From: a virus
Lineage: Duplodnaviria; Caudoviricetes
IMG/VR virus record: IMGVR_UViG_3300037606_000073
Span: 1 to 58,832 of that record
Length of the DNA: 58,832 nucleotides
Reading direction: 5' to 3' (one strand)
The translations under genes were made by a program, and so were the position numbers. Shown one piece after another: positions 45,290 to 57,464 of this stretch. Every line of letters starts with the position of its first letter. Positions within the stretch are counted from its first letter, which is position 1. The notes beneath the pieces were generated by a model, which worked only from the letters and a program-made list of their open reading frames with translations, made no database searches and was not told the DNA's origin.

Positions 45290-47703
45290 CAGACACGCAC
45301 CAGCGCTGAAGGTGTCTCACCCACGTGGATCGACCGCACGCGGATCGTGCCCGACACGCTAAACTCAAACGTATCAGACTTATAACCAGTGGGGAGGCGG
45401 AATATATCACTGCTGTTCAATGGCGTTGTGAACTCCAACTTCTTGTCGACGTATAGGCTAAACGTCAGTGGGTCGTCTTGGTCCCAGTTCTCCCCTGCTG
45501 CTTCCCAGTTGATATCCGCAGTGTCCCAAACAGACGAGGAGGCCACACTGGCGTAGTCGGCTACAACGCGCGCCGCGCCTACGTTGGTGTACAGCGGAGT
45601 GATGAACACCTTGGACTTCCACTCCAATGTAGCTGTGGGCTGCGCCGGATCATCCCAGCGGTACACGTCGCCGTTCTCACCACTGGTGTAGTAGAGGATA
45701 TTTGTCAGTGAGTCGTACCACGTAGCAGAGAACGTGTAGCCGCTGTTTACAAAAGACGCGCCACGCTCCAGCACTTCGTAAACGAAAGAGCCCGTGCTGT
45801 GCGCTGCGAAGTACACCCCTTTGTAGTTGGCACCCACCACGGTTTCTGGGTCGAGTGCCGCGTTCCATGTATCGCTGCTGTGTACTTTTGCAGAGAAGAC
45901 TTGCGGGCCGGTCATAGGCCCCATGGTAATCAGTCCGTCGTGAGATGAGAACACCGCCCCGCCGGTGGTCAACACAACGCTGCGCCGACTTATGCAGGGG
46001 TATCGTGCGTCCACCTTGTCAATCGACAACGTCCGCGGGTCGCTACCAGCTACGTAATAGGGGTAGCTGTCTGTCAGTACGAGTAGGTCCCCGGCGATTG
46101 GAACAACCTTGACGATGTTGTGCTCCAGCGAGCGCTTGTATTCCACCGGCCATGCGTGAAACTTGCCGGGCTCGGAGAAGTACAAGTCATTACCCGCAAA
46201 CCCCACAAGGATATTGTTCTTGAGGACAGCCAGACCCTGCAGGTCTTTGGGCGGCGCGTTGTAGTTGTCCGAGGACAGGACGCTAAGCAGGCTGCGAAAG
46301 CTAAAATTGTCGACAAAGGTGTACACGCCACCGTCACCCCAGTACCGAGCCGGGTCTGTCGCGCGCTCCGCGCTGTCGTAATAGAGCGTACCAGTGGCTG
46401 CACCATCTGCGACATCAGCTGCTGTCTGTGCGTACTCGAACGTGTACTGGTCGACGAGTGCCGTGACGACACCGTCAGTTATGTCAAAGCTCGCTGGGGC
46501 CGCGCCACTGATCTTTACCCGGTCACCGCTCAACAAGTTGTGTGGAGACTCCAGTCGAACGCGGGACACATTTGCTGCGCGCGACGCGCGTGCCAGCGGG
46601 TTGGGGAACCACAGGGTAGACAGCCGAAAGAACTCACTCGTACCGTTTGTTGCTGCGAGGGACCGGTACAGCCGAATACCGCGGACGAACGTGCCCACCG
46701 GGGGCGCGGTCGGCAGCCCCGCAACAGTGGTGATCTGGCCTTCTTTTATGAACAGCGGTTCGGACGGAATGGAGCCCACGGACTCCTCCTGCCATGGGGT
46801 GAACCACGTGTAGACGTAGTTGCGCGCAAACACCGCGCCACCGAGATCGACTTTGCCGTCTGTGCTGGCTGTCGTTGTGACAGCGGGGCCAGTCGTGCGG
46901 TATGTGATCGTTGTCGCGTCTACGACTGTGATGCTGGTCGTAATGTTAAGGTCTCGGATGTCCCACCGCGCATTGCCTGACCGGGTGGCGGCGTCGGGCG
47001 CAGCAGTGGTGAAGGTGTTCGGGTCAACAACCGTGACGGTGTACGCGCCGGTCAGCGCGCCGCCGCTGGTAAACTCCACAAACACTTGCGCGCCCGTTGT
47101 CAGGCCATGCGCGGCGATTGCCACTGTGACCGCACTACCTTCTTGGCTGTAGGTACCAGTGCGGAACGCAAACCCAGAGACCGTGGTGAACGCACCGGTC
47201 TTGAGACTGTGCGGTGCTGCTGTGACCAGCGTCACGTTGTTACTATCATCGCGTGCGAAGCTCGCCGATGTCGCTGGTGTAAACGGAGCCGAAGTCGCGG
47301 TGGGTGTCTCTGTTGGGAGCGGCAGCCCTAACTCGTAAAACCCCGTGGGGTACGGCGCTGCGCCCGTAGTGGCGAGGTCATAGGTGCTAACCTTCGGCAC
47401 GCCGTCACCTGCGTAGTAGAATCGCTGCTCGTTGATCTCGTCCGCCGCGGGCGTGACAATGTCCACGTCGTTGGGCCATGACAACCACACGGGTTCGTCT
47501 GTGTCTGTGCCGCGTAACGCGTAAAGCGTACGGGTTTCCCCCGTACGCCCTGTGTTCGCGGTGATGACCGGTAGCGGGTAGGGTATAAGATCACCAGAGT
47601 AGAGCTTGCAGTTCTCCGCTACTTGCGCAGCAGTGTCGGGCAATAACTCCGCGGAGTTCTTTGGTACGACGCCAAGAAAGTTGATGATCTTTAGCGCGGT
47701 CAC
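45289..47703 (-). CDS. Tail nozzle/stabilisation protein
   Basis: GTG start at 47703 (GTGA overlap); RNYVYTW, LYFSEPGKFHAWP and LEWKSKVF motifs. Confidence 0.75.
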   Translation of the reverse strand: MTALKIINFLGVVPKNSAELLPDTAAQVAENCKLYSGDLIPYPLPVITANTGRTGETRTLYALRGTDTDEPVWLSWPNDVDIVTPAADEINEQRFYYAGDGVPKVSTYDLATTGAAPYPTGFYELGLPLPTETPTATSAPFTPATSASFARDDSNNVTLVTAAPHSLKTGAFTTVSGFAFRTGTYSQEGSAVTVAIAAHGLTTGAQVFVEFTSGGALTGAYTVTVVDPNTFTTAAPDAATRSGNARWDIRDLNITTSITVVDATTITYRTTGPAVTTTASTDGKVDLGGAVFARNYVYTWFTPWQEESVGSIPSEPLFIKEGQITTVAGLPTAPPVGTFVRGIRLYRSLAATNGTSEFFRLSTLWFPNPLARASRAANVSRVRLESPHNLLSGDRVKISGAAPASFDITDGVVTALVDQYTFEYAQTAADVADGAATGTLYYDSAERATDPARYWGDGGVYTFVDNFSFRSLLSVLSSDNYNAPPKDLQGLAVLKNNILVGFAGNDLYFSEPGKFHAWPVEYKRSLEHNIVKVVPIAGDLLVLTDSYPYYVAGSDPRTLSIDKVDARYPCISRRSVVLTTGGAVFSSHDGLITMGPMTGPQVFSAKVHSSDTWNAALDPETVVGANYKGVYFAAHSTGSFVYEVLERGASFVNSGYTFSATWYDSLTNILYYTSGENGDVYRWDDPAQPTATLEWKSKVFITPLYTNVGAARVVADYASVASSSVWDTADINWEAAGENWDQDDPLTFSLYVDKKLEFTTPLNSSDIFRLPTGYKSDTFEFSVSGTIRVRSIHVGETPSALVRV

Positions 47704-47834
47704 TTCTTCGTACCCGCCTTCTTCATGCACTTACCCATGGCTTTGCAGCGCGTAGGGTTGGGGCACGTGGGGCAGGGCTTAAACACCATGCCCCCCTTTT
47801 TGTAGCTCATAGGCTTGTTCTTCTTATCCATCAT
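47700..47834 (-). CDS. 44-aa basic Cys4 microprotein, absent from the ORF track
   Basis: AAGGAG RBS; MMDKKNKPMSYKKGGMVFKPCPTCPNPTRCKAMGKCMKKAGTKK*; coupled to the nozzle gene. Confidence 0.65.
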   Translation of the reverse strand: MMDKKNKPMSYKKGGMVFKPCPTCPNPTRCKAMGKCMKKAGTKK

Positions 47835-47859
47835 TGGCGCGGCTCCTTGTGGGTTTGGA

Positions 47860-48312
47860 TCACATAATCTCGAAGTGTGGACCGTCTATGAACGGGCGCT
47901 TCCCTTGGCTGCGGCGCAAGTCCACATACGCGTTCATGGCCTGCTCCATTGTACCACTCCATTTCCGGATGTCGGAGATGTGCCACGCGGCGCCCCAGCG
48001 CAGGGCAGCGCCAGTCTCTACAGCGGCTTCTTTCATGGCGTCAGCGATGTCGTCATACAGGTTCAGCTCCCACGACCCCCGGCTGCCGATGTAGGCCATC
48101 AGGTCAACGGCCTTGCCTTCTAGGTGCTTGGAGCGCATGGTCTTGCTCGCGCCTTTGTCGACCAGTAACCGCTGTTCCGCCACCGTGCGAATACCGCAGA
48201 TCACACCGAAGTCGATTTTGGTAATGGCTATCGCCAGCTTCACAGTTGCCACTAGCTGTTCGTCAACGCCCTGCAATGTGCTCAAGCTGCGATCTGAAAG
48301 TTTGAAGTTCAT
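47860..48312 (-). CDS. Endolysin, M15 family L-alanyl-D-glutamate peptidase
   Basis: GIRTVAEQ, SKHLEGKAVD, DGPHFE. Confidence 0.9.
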   Translation of the reverse strand: MNFKLSDRSLSTLQGVDEQLVATVKLAIAITKIDFGVICGIRTVAEQRLLVDKGASKTMRSKHLEGKAVDLMAYIGSRGSWELNLYDDIADAMKEAAVETGAALRWGAAWHISDIRKWSGTMEQAMNAYVDLRRSQGKRPFIDGPHFEIM

Positions 48313-48791
48313 GTGTCTTTCTCCGGGGTGTTGCTTGCGCCGAAATAGAAGGAGATAACAGCAGATGCGCTACCGCCCAGCCAGCCTACGGCGACGTTGA
48401 TGAGACCGAGGTCAGCAGCGTGGTCGATGAAAGTCACCGCCCCAACGTAACCAAAGAACGCAAGCAGCGTTCCAACGGCAAGGACGGTAGGTGTCATGTC
48501 CTTCACGACGGTGTGGCGGCGGCGCGCACTGTCACGATCTGACGCGGCGATCTTCGTCAAGTTCACGTCCAGCTGTTTCATGCTGACCTTGAAGTCTGCC
48601 TCGACCTTTTTTATCTCAGCCAGCTGGGCTGGGGTAGCGTTTGTCACCGCGGCGTCCACCGCTTCCAAGGTCGACTCAGGAAGTCCCAGCTTGTCGGCCA
48701 CCAGCTTGAGTGCCATGCCACCTAGAGGGCCACCTAGCGCGGTTGCAAGGGTCGGGGCTATCGCTCCGAGTATCGCTGTCAGATTTTTCAT
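48309..48791 (-). CDS. Putative holin
   Basis: APTLATALGGP, DRDSARRR, two C-terminal TM segments ending FYFGAS. Confidence 0.7.
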   Translation of the reverse strand: MKNLTAILGAIAPTLATALGGPLGGMALKLVADKLGLPESTLEAVDAAVTNATPAQLAEIKKVEADFKVSMKQLDVNLTKIAASDRDSARRRHTVVKDMTPTVLAVGTLLAFFGYVGAVTFIDHAADLGLINVAVGWLGGSASAVISFYFGASNTPEKDT

Positions 48792-49273
48792 TGTTGTAGG
48801 CCCCTCAAAAACATTGCGAAAAAGTACAACAGGCCACCGCCTATACCCACAGTAGCAAAAAGCGTAGCACCAATAAACACTTTTACAAAGAACGCTCGTT
48901 GCGCTGCAATCGCCGCCTGTCGTTGTTTGCGCAGCTGGCCCTCAGTGCGTAGTATTTCTTCCCACGTCCTTATGCCATAAGTCATGTAAACCCAAACCTT
49001 TAGCTCGTATCGCTGCGCTTCGATCCGCTTGCGCGCCAGCACCGCTTGTGTGGCCATCGCTTCGATATTGTCGGACCCTGTCAGGAGCCGAGCGACGATA
49101 CCGGGGTTTTTCGTAGCCTTCTCAATCGCCGCGATCTGGGCAGACGCCCCCATCCACTTATGAATGTCCCCGTGCATAGACTCTATGTCGCGACCAACCT
49201 CGAACCCGTGCTTGAGCATAGCGAACGCTTTGCTGGCCGCGCTTATTGCAAGGGTGACAGAAGCGGGGTCCAC
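48788..49273 (-). CDS. Membrane-anchored hypothetical protein
   Basis: MDPASVTLA N-terminus and C-terminal TM segment, within the lysis cluster. Confidence 0.65.
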   Translation of the reverse strand: MDPASVTLAISAASKAFAMLKHGFEVGRDIESMHGDIHKWMGASAQIAAIEKATKNPGIVARLLTGSDNIEAMATQAVLARKRIEAQRYELKVWVYMTYGIRTWEEILRTEGQLRKQRQAAIAAQRAFFVKVFIGATLFATVGIGGGLLYFFAMFLRGLQQ

Positions 49274-49274
49274 A

Positions 49275-49499
49275 TCACTTCCTCAAATGCTGCTCGATGT
49301 TGTCAAGTTTTTCCAAGACCATCTTGAAACTCTCCTTGACCTCTTTGAACTCGCGGTCAGACGCTTCTTTGCTCGCAGACGTTTGCGCCTTGATGACAGC
49401 AATGTCAGTCGTGTTGGCCTGCGTTTTGTTGTGCAGCATCCAGACGGCACCCGCTACGGGGGCCACAATCCACTGCATGATGGTGTTAAGCACGTCCAT
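49275..49499 (-). CDS. Small TM/coiled-coil lysis-region protein (74 aa)
   Basis: GAGGAG RBS before ATG 49499; N-terminal TM segment. Confidence 0.65.
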   Translation of the reverse strand: MDVLNTIMQWIVAPVAGAVWMLHNKTQANTTDIAVIKAQTSASKEASDREFKEVKESFKMVLEKLDNIEQHLRK

Positions 49500-50007
49500 C
49501 GGTACGCTCCTCGATCTCGTCCATACAATCCAACAGGCACTGGAAGGCAGCGACCGCTGCGCCCGCCAGCGCATCCTTTTCTCTCAACCACTTTACCAGA
49601 GCTTCGGCTTCCGTGGCAGCAAAAAAGTGCACGTGCCTCGTAGGTAAATTACGTCCGGCGTCTTTGAACTTCTTCTCGGTTACACGTCCGCCGCGGCGGT
49701 GCGCACCGACCAGTACATACGCAGCACCCCCGATACGCTCGGGGGTGGTCAGTGTTCTGGTGAATGTCTGCGCGGCGGTCAGGGGCCGGGGCACCATCGG
49801 GAGCATGTCAACCATGTCGAGCGTCAGCTCCCCAGATACCTGCGCGTAAGGCGGCAAGTGTGGGTCGATCCGCTCGTGGATCAAACGCAACGCGCCAAGC
49901 CAGTCACACCACTGCTGCGATGTGATCGTGGCTTGTATCATCGCCTGCCCAAGCGGGTGCTCCTCGCAAGCGTGGTGCAGGTGGCGTGTTGCGTCAAAGA
50001 GGGTCAT
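49486..50007 (-). CDS. Heme oxygenase-like protein (173 aa)
   Basis: LFDATRHLHHACEEHP (proximal His helix) and AYVLVGAHRRGG (distal helix analogue); GGAG RBS. Confidence 0.6.
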   Translation of the reverse strand: MTLFDATRHLHHACEEHPLGQAMIQATITSQQWCDWLGALRLIHERIDPHLPPYAQVSGELTLDMVDMLPMVPRPLTAAQTFTRTLTTPERIGGAAYVLVGAHRRGGRVTEKKFKDAGRNLPTRHVHFFAATEAEALVKWLREKDALAGAAVAAFQCLLDCMDEIEERTDGRA

Positions 50008-50029
50008 CACTTCTTCTCCAGTTCCGCTG

Positions 50030-50365
50030 TTAGCCAGCGTTGGGGTAAGGGAACCTTGTGCGGATTTCCTCACGCTTTGCCAGCCACTCAACTTCTGTGG
50101 CCTCACCAGCCTGCCACTTGAAGAACAACGGGTCAGCTTCAGCGGTGTATGCTGACTGGCGTTTGGCTTCCTGTTCGGCTTGTGTGGGCGGGGGTGGGGG
50201 AGGTGGTGCAACGTAAACCCATTCAGAGCCATTCCACTGGTGGTCCCCAGAAGGAATCAGCGGCACTTCAACGGTTCCTGCGAGGTATGACGCAAATATC
50301 TCCGCACTTGGTGCGGTGTTAGTTTGCCAGTAACCTATCTTTGGATGAAAGAAACCTTTTTCCAT
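50030..50365 (-). CDS. Tail fibre assembly/chaperone-like protein
   Basis: TAATG-coupled to the fibre gene; HQWNGSEWV and AYTAEADPLFF...EIRTRFPYP. Confidence 0.65.
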   Translation of the reverse strand: MEKGFFHPKIGYWQTNTAPSAEIFASYLAGTVEVPLIPSGDHQWNGSEWVYVAPPPPPPPTQAEQEAKRQSAYTAEADPLFFKWQAGEATEVEWLAKREEIRTRFPYPNAG

Positions 50366-52836
50366 TACCGTAACTCCACCACCGCTGTGATTGACATTCC
50401 ACCACCACTTGCTCGGTAGTAGTGATTGGGCGGGATAATTACACAAGCCGCGTCAGCGGTGCCGCTAGAAAGGTCACCCCAACTTTGGATATTGAAAACG
50501 GACGTGCTGGGGCCAACCGAAATAATTAAGTTACCATTCCCATTTCCCCGCATTTGAAAAACAATCGACCTGCCTGTGGTGTTTTGATACCAAACATTCG
50601 CGAAGCGAAAAGCTCCCTGCCACGTTTGACCGACTCCAATGCCAGCAGGAATGTCAGACTTAAAAGCGATCGCCCCTCGGTCAGAGGCATCAACTTGCGC
50701 CTTCAGTTCGCTACCGCTCCAGCCGATGTAAACTTTATTGTTAAACTGACCTGCACCACCACCTTGCTGCACTGGTGTAAAACCAAGGGCACCTGCGGGG
50801 CCGGTAGGGCCTGTAGTGCCTGTACCCGAAACACCCTGCGGACCCTGCGGACCAGTTGGGCCGGTCGAACCACCAGTGCCGTTAAGGCCAGATGGACCAG
50901 TTGGGCCTGCGGGGCCTGCGACTGTAGAGTTCGCGCCTTGGGGGCCTGTCGGGCCTGTAGTGCCTGTACCCTGCACACCTTGTGGGCCCCGCGGACCAGT
51001 TGGGCCAGTTGCGCCGGTAGGGCCACCGCCGGTAGGACCTGTCACACCTTGGACACCTCGCGGTCCAGTTGGACCAGTGTTTCCTGTACCAGTCGCACCT
51101 TGGATACCTGTCGGGCCAGTGGGCCCGGCGTTGCCAAACACACCCTGAATACCTTGCGGACCAGTGGGGCCCGCTGCGCCGAGCGCACCGGATGTACCTT
51201 GGATACCCTGTGGGCCAGTGGGACCAACCGCACCGAGTGTACCGTCTATGCCCTGCGGGCCGCTTGGGCCGGTCGGACCTGCGAGACCTTGGAGACCACG
51301 GGGGCCGGTTGGGCCTTGTGGGCCGACGATCTGGCCAGCATTATTCCAAGCCGAACCGTCCCAGATGTACAGATCACCGGATGCCTGCACGATGATGGCA
51401 TCGTTAAGTGTGTTGCCTGTAGGCGGCAGGTCACCAACAGTGGCGACCTCGCCAACAAAATTGATCGACGTACCTTGAGGACCCTCTGAACCAGTCGGTC
51501 CAGTGTTACCCTGCGGACCTGTCGGACCTGCTACACCAATCGAACCTGTCGGGCCGCTGAGGCCAGTACTACCCTGAGTACCTTGAATACCTTGAATACC
51601 CTGCACGCCTTGCGCACCAGTCGGACCAGTGGGGCCGACACTACCTGCACCGCCTGCGGCGCCGGAGGCGCCCGTGGGGCCTGTCGCACCAGTCGAACCC
51701 GTTGGGCCCTTGAGGCCGGGTGTACCTGTCGGACCTGTAGGACCAGCGACTGTCGACTCCGTGCCTTGCGGGCCTGTCGGGCCAGTGCTGCCTACTACGC
51801 CGGTGGCGCCAGCTAAACCTTCTGGACCAGTGGGGCCCTGCGGGCCAACGATTTGCCCGACGTTATCCCACGCCGCGCCATCCCATACGTAGAGGTCGCC
51901 GTCAGCCGCAACGATGTAAGCGTCGTTGATGACATTGTCGACAGCAGGTAGGTCACCGACAGTGGCGACCTCACCCTTAAATGTGATGGATGTACCCTGC
52001 GGGCCTTGCGACCCTGTTGGTCCAGTCGGACCTTGGGTTCCGGTTGGGCCTGTTACACCTTGCGGTCCAGTTGGACCGGCCTGTGTAGAAGCTGCGCCTG
52101 TTGGACCAGTAGTACCGATGTCGCCCGTTGGGCCAGTTGGGCCTGTTATGCCGTCGAGTCCAGCGCCGCCCTGCGCACCAGTTGGGCCTACCTCACCCTG
52201 AATACCCTGCGCGCCAGTGTCGCCTTGAATACCTTGTACACCCTGTGGACCAGTGGGGCCGAGTGGGCCCTGCACCGTTGAGTCTGCACCCGTAGGACCA
52301 GTCGGCCCTTGCGGGCCTAGGATCAGCCCGACGTTGGCCCACTCCGAACCGCTCCAGACATACAGGTTGCTATCAGCAACAACGACGTACGCATCGTTTA
52401 TTTCAGCATCGCCGGGCAAATCTCCGACAGTAGCGACTTCGCCCCTGAACGTGATTGAAATACCCTGCGCACCCTGCGCACCCTGCGGGCCGGTAGGGCC
52501 AGCGACAGTCGAGTCAGCGCCTGTGTCGCCTGTGAGGCCCTGCGGACCGGTCGGACCTTGGATACCCTGCACGCCTTGCACACCTTGGATACCTTGCGGA
52601 CCAGTCGCGCCCGTGTCGCCTGTGAGGCCAGTAAGGCCTGTGTCGCCAACGGGGCCAACGATCCCGCCATATGGCAGGCTGAGATACGCGTTCACCCCAT
52701 CCCCGATTTTAAACTGGTTCGTGTCTGTCTCAAGGACAATCTCCCGGTCCGCAAGAACCGGGTTAAACTCAGTCCAACGGCCGAGCGTGTCACCGCGCAG
52801 CGCGAAGCCAATCGTGGAGGATGGGGTGATGGTCAT
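50365..52836 (-). CDS. Collagen-like tail fibre with Mtd_N/hyaluronidase-type N-terminal domain
   Basis: [34 protein letters not shown]; long G-X-Y runs interrupted by three knob modules (LY[VI]W[SD]G..W.N.G); C-terminal GVGQTWQ domain. Confidence 0.85.
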   Translation of the reverse strand: MTITPSSTIGFALRGDTLGRWTEFNPVLADREIVLETDTNQFKIGDGVNAYLSLPYGGIVGPVGDTGLTGLTGDTGATGPQGIQGVQGVQGIQGPTGPQGLTGDTGADSTVAGPTGPQGAQGAQGISITFRGEVATVGDLPGDAEINDAYVVVADSNLYVWSGSEWANVGLILGPQGPTGPTGADSTVQGPLGPTGPQGVQGIQGDTGAQGIQGEVGPTGAQGGAGLDGITGPTGPTGDIGTTGPTGAASTQAGPTGPQGVTGPTGTQGPTGPTGSQGPQGTSITFKGEVATVGDLPAVDNVINDAYIVAADGDLYVWDGAAWDNVGQIVGPQGPTGPEGLAGATGVVGSTGPTGPQGTESTVAGPTGPTGTPGLKGPTGSTGATGPTGASGAAGGAGSVGPTGPTGAQGVQGIQGIQGTQGSTGLSGPTGSIGVAGPTGPQGNTGPTGSEGPQGTSINFVGEVATVGDLPPTGNTLNDAIIVQASGDLYIWDGSAWNNAGQIVGPQGPTGPRGLQGLAGPTGPSGPQGIDGTLGAVGPTGPQGIQGTSGALGAAGPTGPQGIQGVFGNAGPTGPTGIQGATGTGNTGPTGPRGVQGVTGPTGGGPTGATGPTGPRGPQGVQGTGTTGPTGPQGANSTVAGPAGPTGPSGLNGTGGSTGPTGPQGPQGVSGTGTTGPTGPAGALGFTPVQQGGGAGQFNNKVYIGWSGSELKAQVDASDRGAIAFKSDIPAGIGVGQTWQGAFRFANVWYQNTTGRSIVFQMRGNGNGNLIISVGPSTSVFNIQSWGDLSSGTADAACVIIPPNHYYRASGGGMSITAVVELR

Positions 52837-52838
52837 TC

Positions 52839-53903
52839 TCAGGCCGCCTTATCGAGGGAGTAGAACTCCAAGTTACGCTTCAGGCGATCATCGCCGGGTT
52901 CTAACTCGCAGGCAATCTGCCCGTGTTCTACCGCGTCGTCCCGCTTCCCGAGGTGGTACGCCGCCAACGCTACAAGATCGTGCGGCTTCGCCCCCCAGAC
53001 AGTCGGGTCCATGGTGTAGACCAGAGCTTTGTCCTTGATTGTCAATGCCTGTATAGCACAGTCATAGCTCAGCTGCCAATCCTCAGTTTTGCGCGCGAGG
53101 TCAGCCAGTTCGACCCATGGTTCACGGGTGCCCGGGGCTTCCTTGGTCGCCTTATCCAGCCAGACCTTGGCTTGCCCACGGTCGTTAAGAGCTTCATAGG
53201 CTTGGGCCATGACACGCATGGCGTAGCACCGCTCGTTCGCCCAGTTTGCGTTGGGGTTCTCAAGGTACTTATGCAGCGCCACAATGGCGTCGATCCACTG
53301 GCGGCTGAACGTCAGCTCGCGGGCGTAATAGAACGCATTGCGGGGGCAGCTCGGGTCCTCTTTGACCGACAGCTCCAGCAGGTCCATATACTGGCCACGG
53401 CTCTTGGTCGGGTCAGGGTGGTGCGTAACCAGCAGCTTGTCGGTGTGAGCGTAAACCTCTTTGATCCGGGCGTCCGGACGTGGGTACTCGTGGCACGGGT
53501 GATGCCAGTGATAGCCGTGGCGCGCATGGATTTTCTCATAGAAGAACTCGATGCCTGCGCCCCAGTCGAACTTGTAACGCAGCCGGGTGGTCTCATCCAT
53601 CTTCCATACGCGCTCGATCTCCTCACGCCAGCCGGGTTCCAGCCGCTCGTCAAGGTCAAGGCTGATACACACGTCGATGTCGCGTGGGATCAGCGCAAGC
53701 GCTGCGTCACGGGCTTTGTCGAACCGCCACGGGGTGATGCAGATTTCAGGCACGGTCGCGCCGCACGCGCGGGCGAGCTCGACGGTCTCGTCGGTGCTGC
53801 CGGTGTCGGCAATAAGGATCAGGTCCGCATCTTGTGCGGACTCACAGAACTGCTCGACGAACGAAGCCTCGTTCTTGCTGATGGCGTATACGCAGATTTT
53901 CAT
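52839..53903 (-). CDS. GT2 glycosyltransferase with C-terminal TPR repeats
   Basis: [27 protein letters not shown] (DxD motif), HHPCHE; helical TPR tail. Confidence 0.9.
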   Translation of the reverse strand: MKICVYAISKNEASFVEQFCESAQDADLILIADTGSTDETVELARACGATVPEICITPWRFDKARDAALALIPRDIDVCISLDLDERLEPGWREEIERVWKMDETTRLRYKFDWGAGIEFFYEKIHARHGYHWHHPCHEYPRPDARIKEVYAHTDKLLVTHHPDPTKSRGQYMDLLELSVKEDPSCPRNAFYYARELTFSRQWIDAIVALHKYLENPNANWANERCYAMRVMAQAYEALNDRGQAKVWLDKATKEAPGTREPWVELADLARKTEDWQLSYDCAIQALTIKDKALVYTMDPTVWGAKPHDLVALAAYHLGKRDDAVEHGQIACELEPGDDRLKRNLEFYSLDKAA

Positions 53904-53906
53904 ATG

Positions 53907-54368
53907 TCACTCTCCCGGTTTAGTTGGCCACTCGATGGTGTAGGGGAATCCCCCTTGGGAGGTTATGTCACGAAGTGCCTGCCGATAGGAAGCCCATTCG
54001 GTTGTGATGGTGTTGTCGCTCAGGGCCATCCAGTCACTGTCCGACAGCAGTTGGTTGCGTTTGGCTCTAACTCTTGCAGAGGATGCGTTGTAATAATTTT
54101 GTTTTTCCTCTGGTGTCTTTTCGACAACCGACCACTCAAGATGCCACTTGTCACCTGCATAGGTGGGCGTGTCTGCTCGAACGGCTCTGTAGGTCGTTTC
54201 GTCGATGGATGGGGCGGCACCAACGACCACCTCAAATACCTCATAAGAGGCAAGCATTTCATCAGGTATGCGGCGAGGGAAAGATGTCTGCGGATGGTCT
54301 TTGTGCAAGTCTCCAATAGTATAAGGAAACTTTGTGACTTGTCCGTCTTGTGTTTTTGTGTAGGTCAT
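53907..54368 (-). CDS. Phage tail assembly chaperone-like protein
   Basis: VRAKRNQLLSDSDW...WASYRQALRDIT...WPTKP. Confidence 0.8.
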   Translation of the reverse strand: MTYTKTQDGQVTKFPYTIGDLHKDHPQTSFPRRIPDEMLASYEVFEVVVGAAPSIDETTYRAVRADTPTYAGDKWHLEWSVVEKTPEEKQNYYNASSARVRAKRNQLLSDSDWMALSDNTITTEWASYRQALRDITSQGGFPYTIEWPTKPGE

Positions 54369-54380
54369 AGTTGTATCTCC

Positions 54381-55702
54381 TTATAACGTGATATCTATAA
54401 GTTCTTCCGTGAGGACGGCAGGTGCGTCTGTCAGTACAGCAACGACGTCTGTTAAAACGGCGGGCGCATCGGTGAGTACGTCCAGTGCGTCTGTTAAAAC
54501 GGCGGGTGCATCAGTAAGTACGGCAGCTTCATAAGTAAAAGAGCCGTATGTCCCTGTCCCAGAACCATCGGGCGGCAGTTTAGCGATGAGAAAGTCATTG
54601 CCGCCAGCGCCGTCTGAGGAGGTCTGGCCCGTCACAATGATGTTGTCAGCCGAGTCTATGGCTACGGCATTGCCTCGTTCAGCTCCTGTTCCGCCTAGAG
54701 TCCGGTCCCATTGCAGAGCTCCTGCAGAGTTGTACTTAGCGATGAGGAGGTCATCACCGCCAGCGCCGTCTGAGGTGGTATAACCCACCACAATGATGTT
54801 GTTGGCCGAGTCTATGGCTACGGCATTGCCGATGTCAGTTCCTGTTCCGCCTAGAGTCCGGTCCCATTGCAGAGCTCCTGCAGAGTTGTACTTAGCGATG
54901 AGAAAGTCATTGCCGCCAGCGCCGTCTGAGGAGGTCTGGCCCGTCACAATGATGTTGTTGGCCGAGTCTATGGCTACGGCACGGCCGAGGTCAGTTCCTG
55001 TTCCGCCTAGAGTCCGGTCCCATTGCAGAGCTCCTGCAGAGTTGTACTTAGCGATGAGAAAGTCAGTGCCGCCAGCGCCGTCTGAGGTGGTATAACCCAC
55101 CACAATGATGTTGTCAGCCGAGTCTATGGCTACGGCATTGCCGATGTCAGCTCCTGTTCCGCCTAGAGTCCGGTCCCATTGCAGAGCTCCTGCAGAGTTG
55201 TACTTAGCGATGAGGAGGTCAGTGCCGCCAGCGCCGTCTGAGGTGGTATAACCCACCACAATGATGTTGTTGGCCGAGTCTATGGCTACGGCATTGCCGA
55301 GGTCAGTTCCTGTTCCGCCTAGAGTCCGGTCCCATTGCAGAGCTCCTGCAGAGTTGTACTTAGCGATGAGAACGTCAGCGCCGCCAGCGCCGTCTGAGGC
55401 GGTATAACCCGTCACAATGATGTTGTTGGCCGAGTCTATGGCTACGGCACGGCCGATGTCAGTTCCTGTTCCGCCTAGAGTCCGGTCCCATTGCAGAGCT
55501 CCTGCAGAGTTGTACTTAGCGATGAGAAAGTCAGTGCCGCCAGCGCCGTCTGAGGAGGTCTGGCCCACCACAATGATGTTGTTGGCCGAGTCTATGGCTA
55601 CGGCATTGCCGATGTCAGCTCCTGTTCCGCCTAGAAGTGCGATCCAAGAACTAACAACCTCGCGGACAGCAGCAGCCTGTAACAGCTTTGTGCTAATACC
55701 GC

Positions 55703-55706
<4 letters not shown>
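54381..55706 (-). CDS. Seven-bladed beta-propeller protein (putative receptor-binding)
   Basis: Seven 52-aa blades ([18 protein letters not shown]-like) and C-terminal AVLTDAP heptads. Confidence 0.8.
54579..55634. repeat. Tandem array of near-identical 156-bp units (6 full plus 1 partial)
   Basis: CCTGTTCCGCCTAGA recurs every 156 bp (54841 and 55621 are 5 units apart). Confidence 0.95.
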
Positions 55707-57209
<1,503 letters not shown>

Positions 57210-57213
<4 letters not shown>

Positions 57214-57464
57214 GTCTGGGCGCTCCCGAGGTCAATCTTAGCCCCGCCGGTGTAATCCGTCTCAGCGTTGCCCGCGTCGATCAGCGTCGACAGCACAGGA
57301 GCAACACCGACCCAGCGGTCGCCAACAGAATAGTGCATGAGGTTGTCCTCACCCGCAACCACTGCGCCCTTGTACGCCAAAGGGTCCAGCTCGATAGGCG
57401 TGGTGTAGACCAAGGACCGGCCGACGGCGCGCTCGCGCCCGGATGCAAACTTTACGCTGCTCAT
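57210..57464 (-). CDS. Small tail-region protein (84 aa)
   Basis: ATGA coupling on both sides. Confidence 0.7.

Noticed and set aside
52923-54386. 487-aa plus-strand ORF and other long antisense ORFs (e.g. 37162..38193, 23967..24902, 56187..56948)
   Set aside because: Shadows of well-supported genes on the opposite strand in GC-rich or collagen-coding DNA; no motifs or operon context.
54579-55634. 156-bp array as a CRISPR array or DGR template/variable repeat
   Set aside because: Units are contiguous and in-frame with no unique spacers. No cas genes or reverse transcriptase are recognisable, and some variants are not at adenines.
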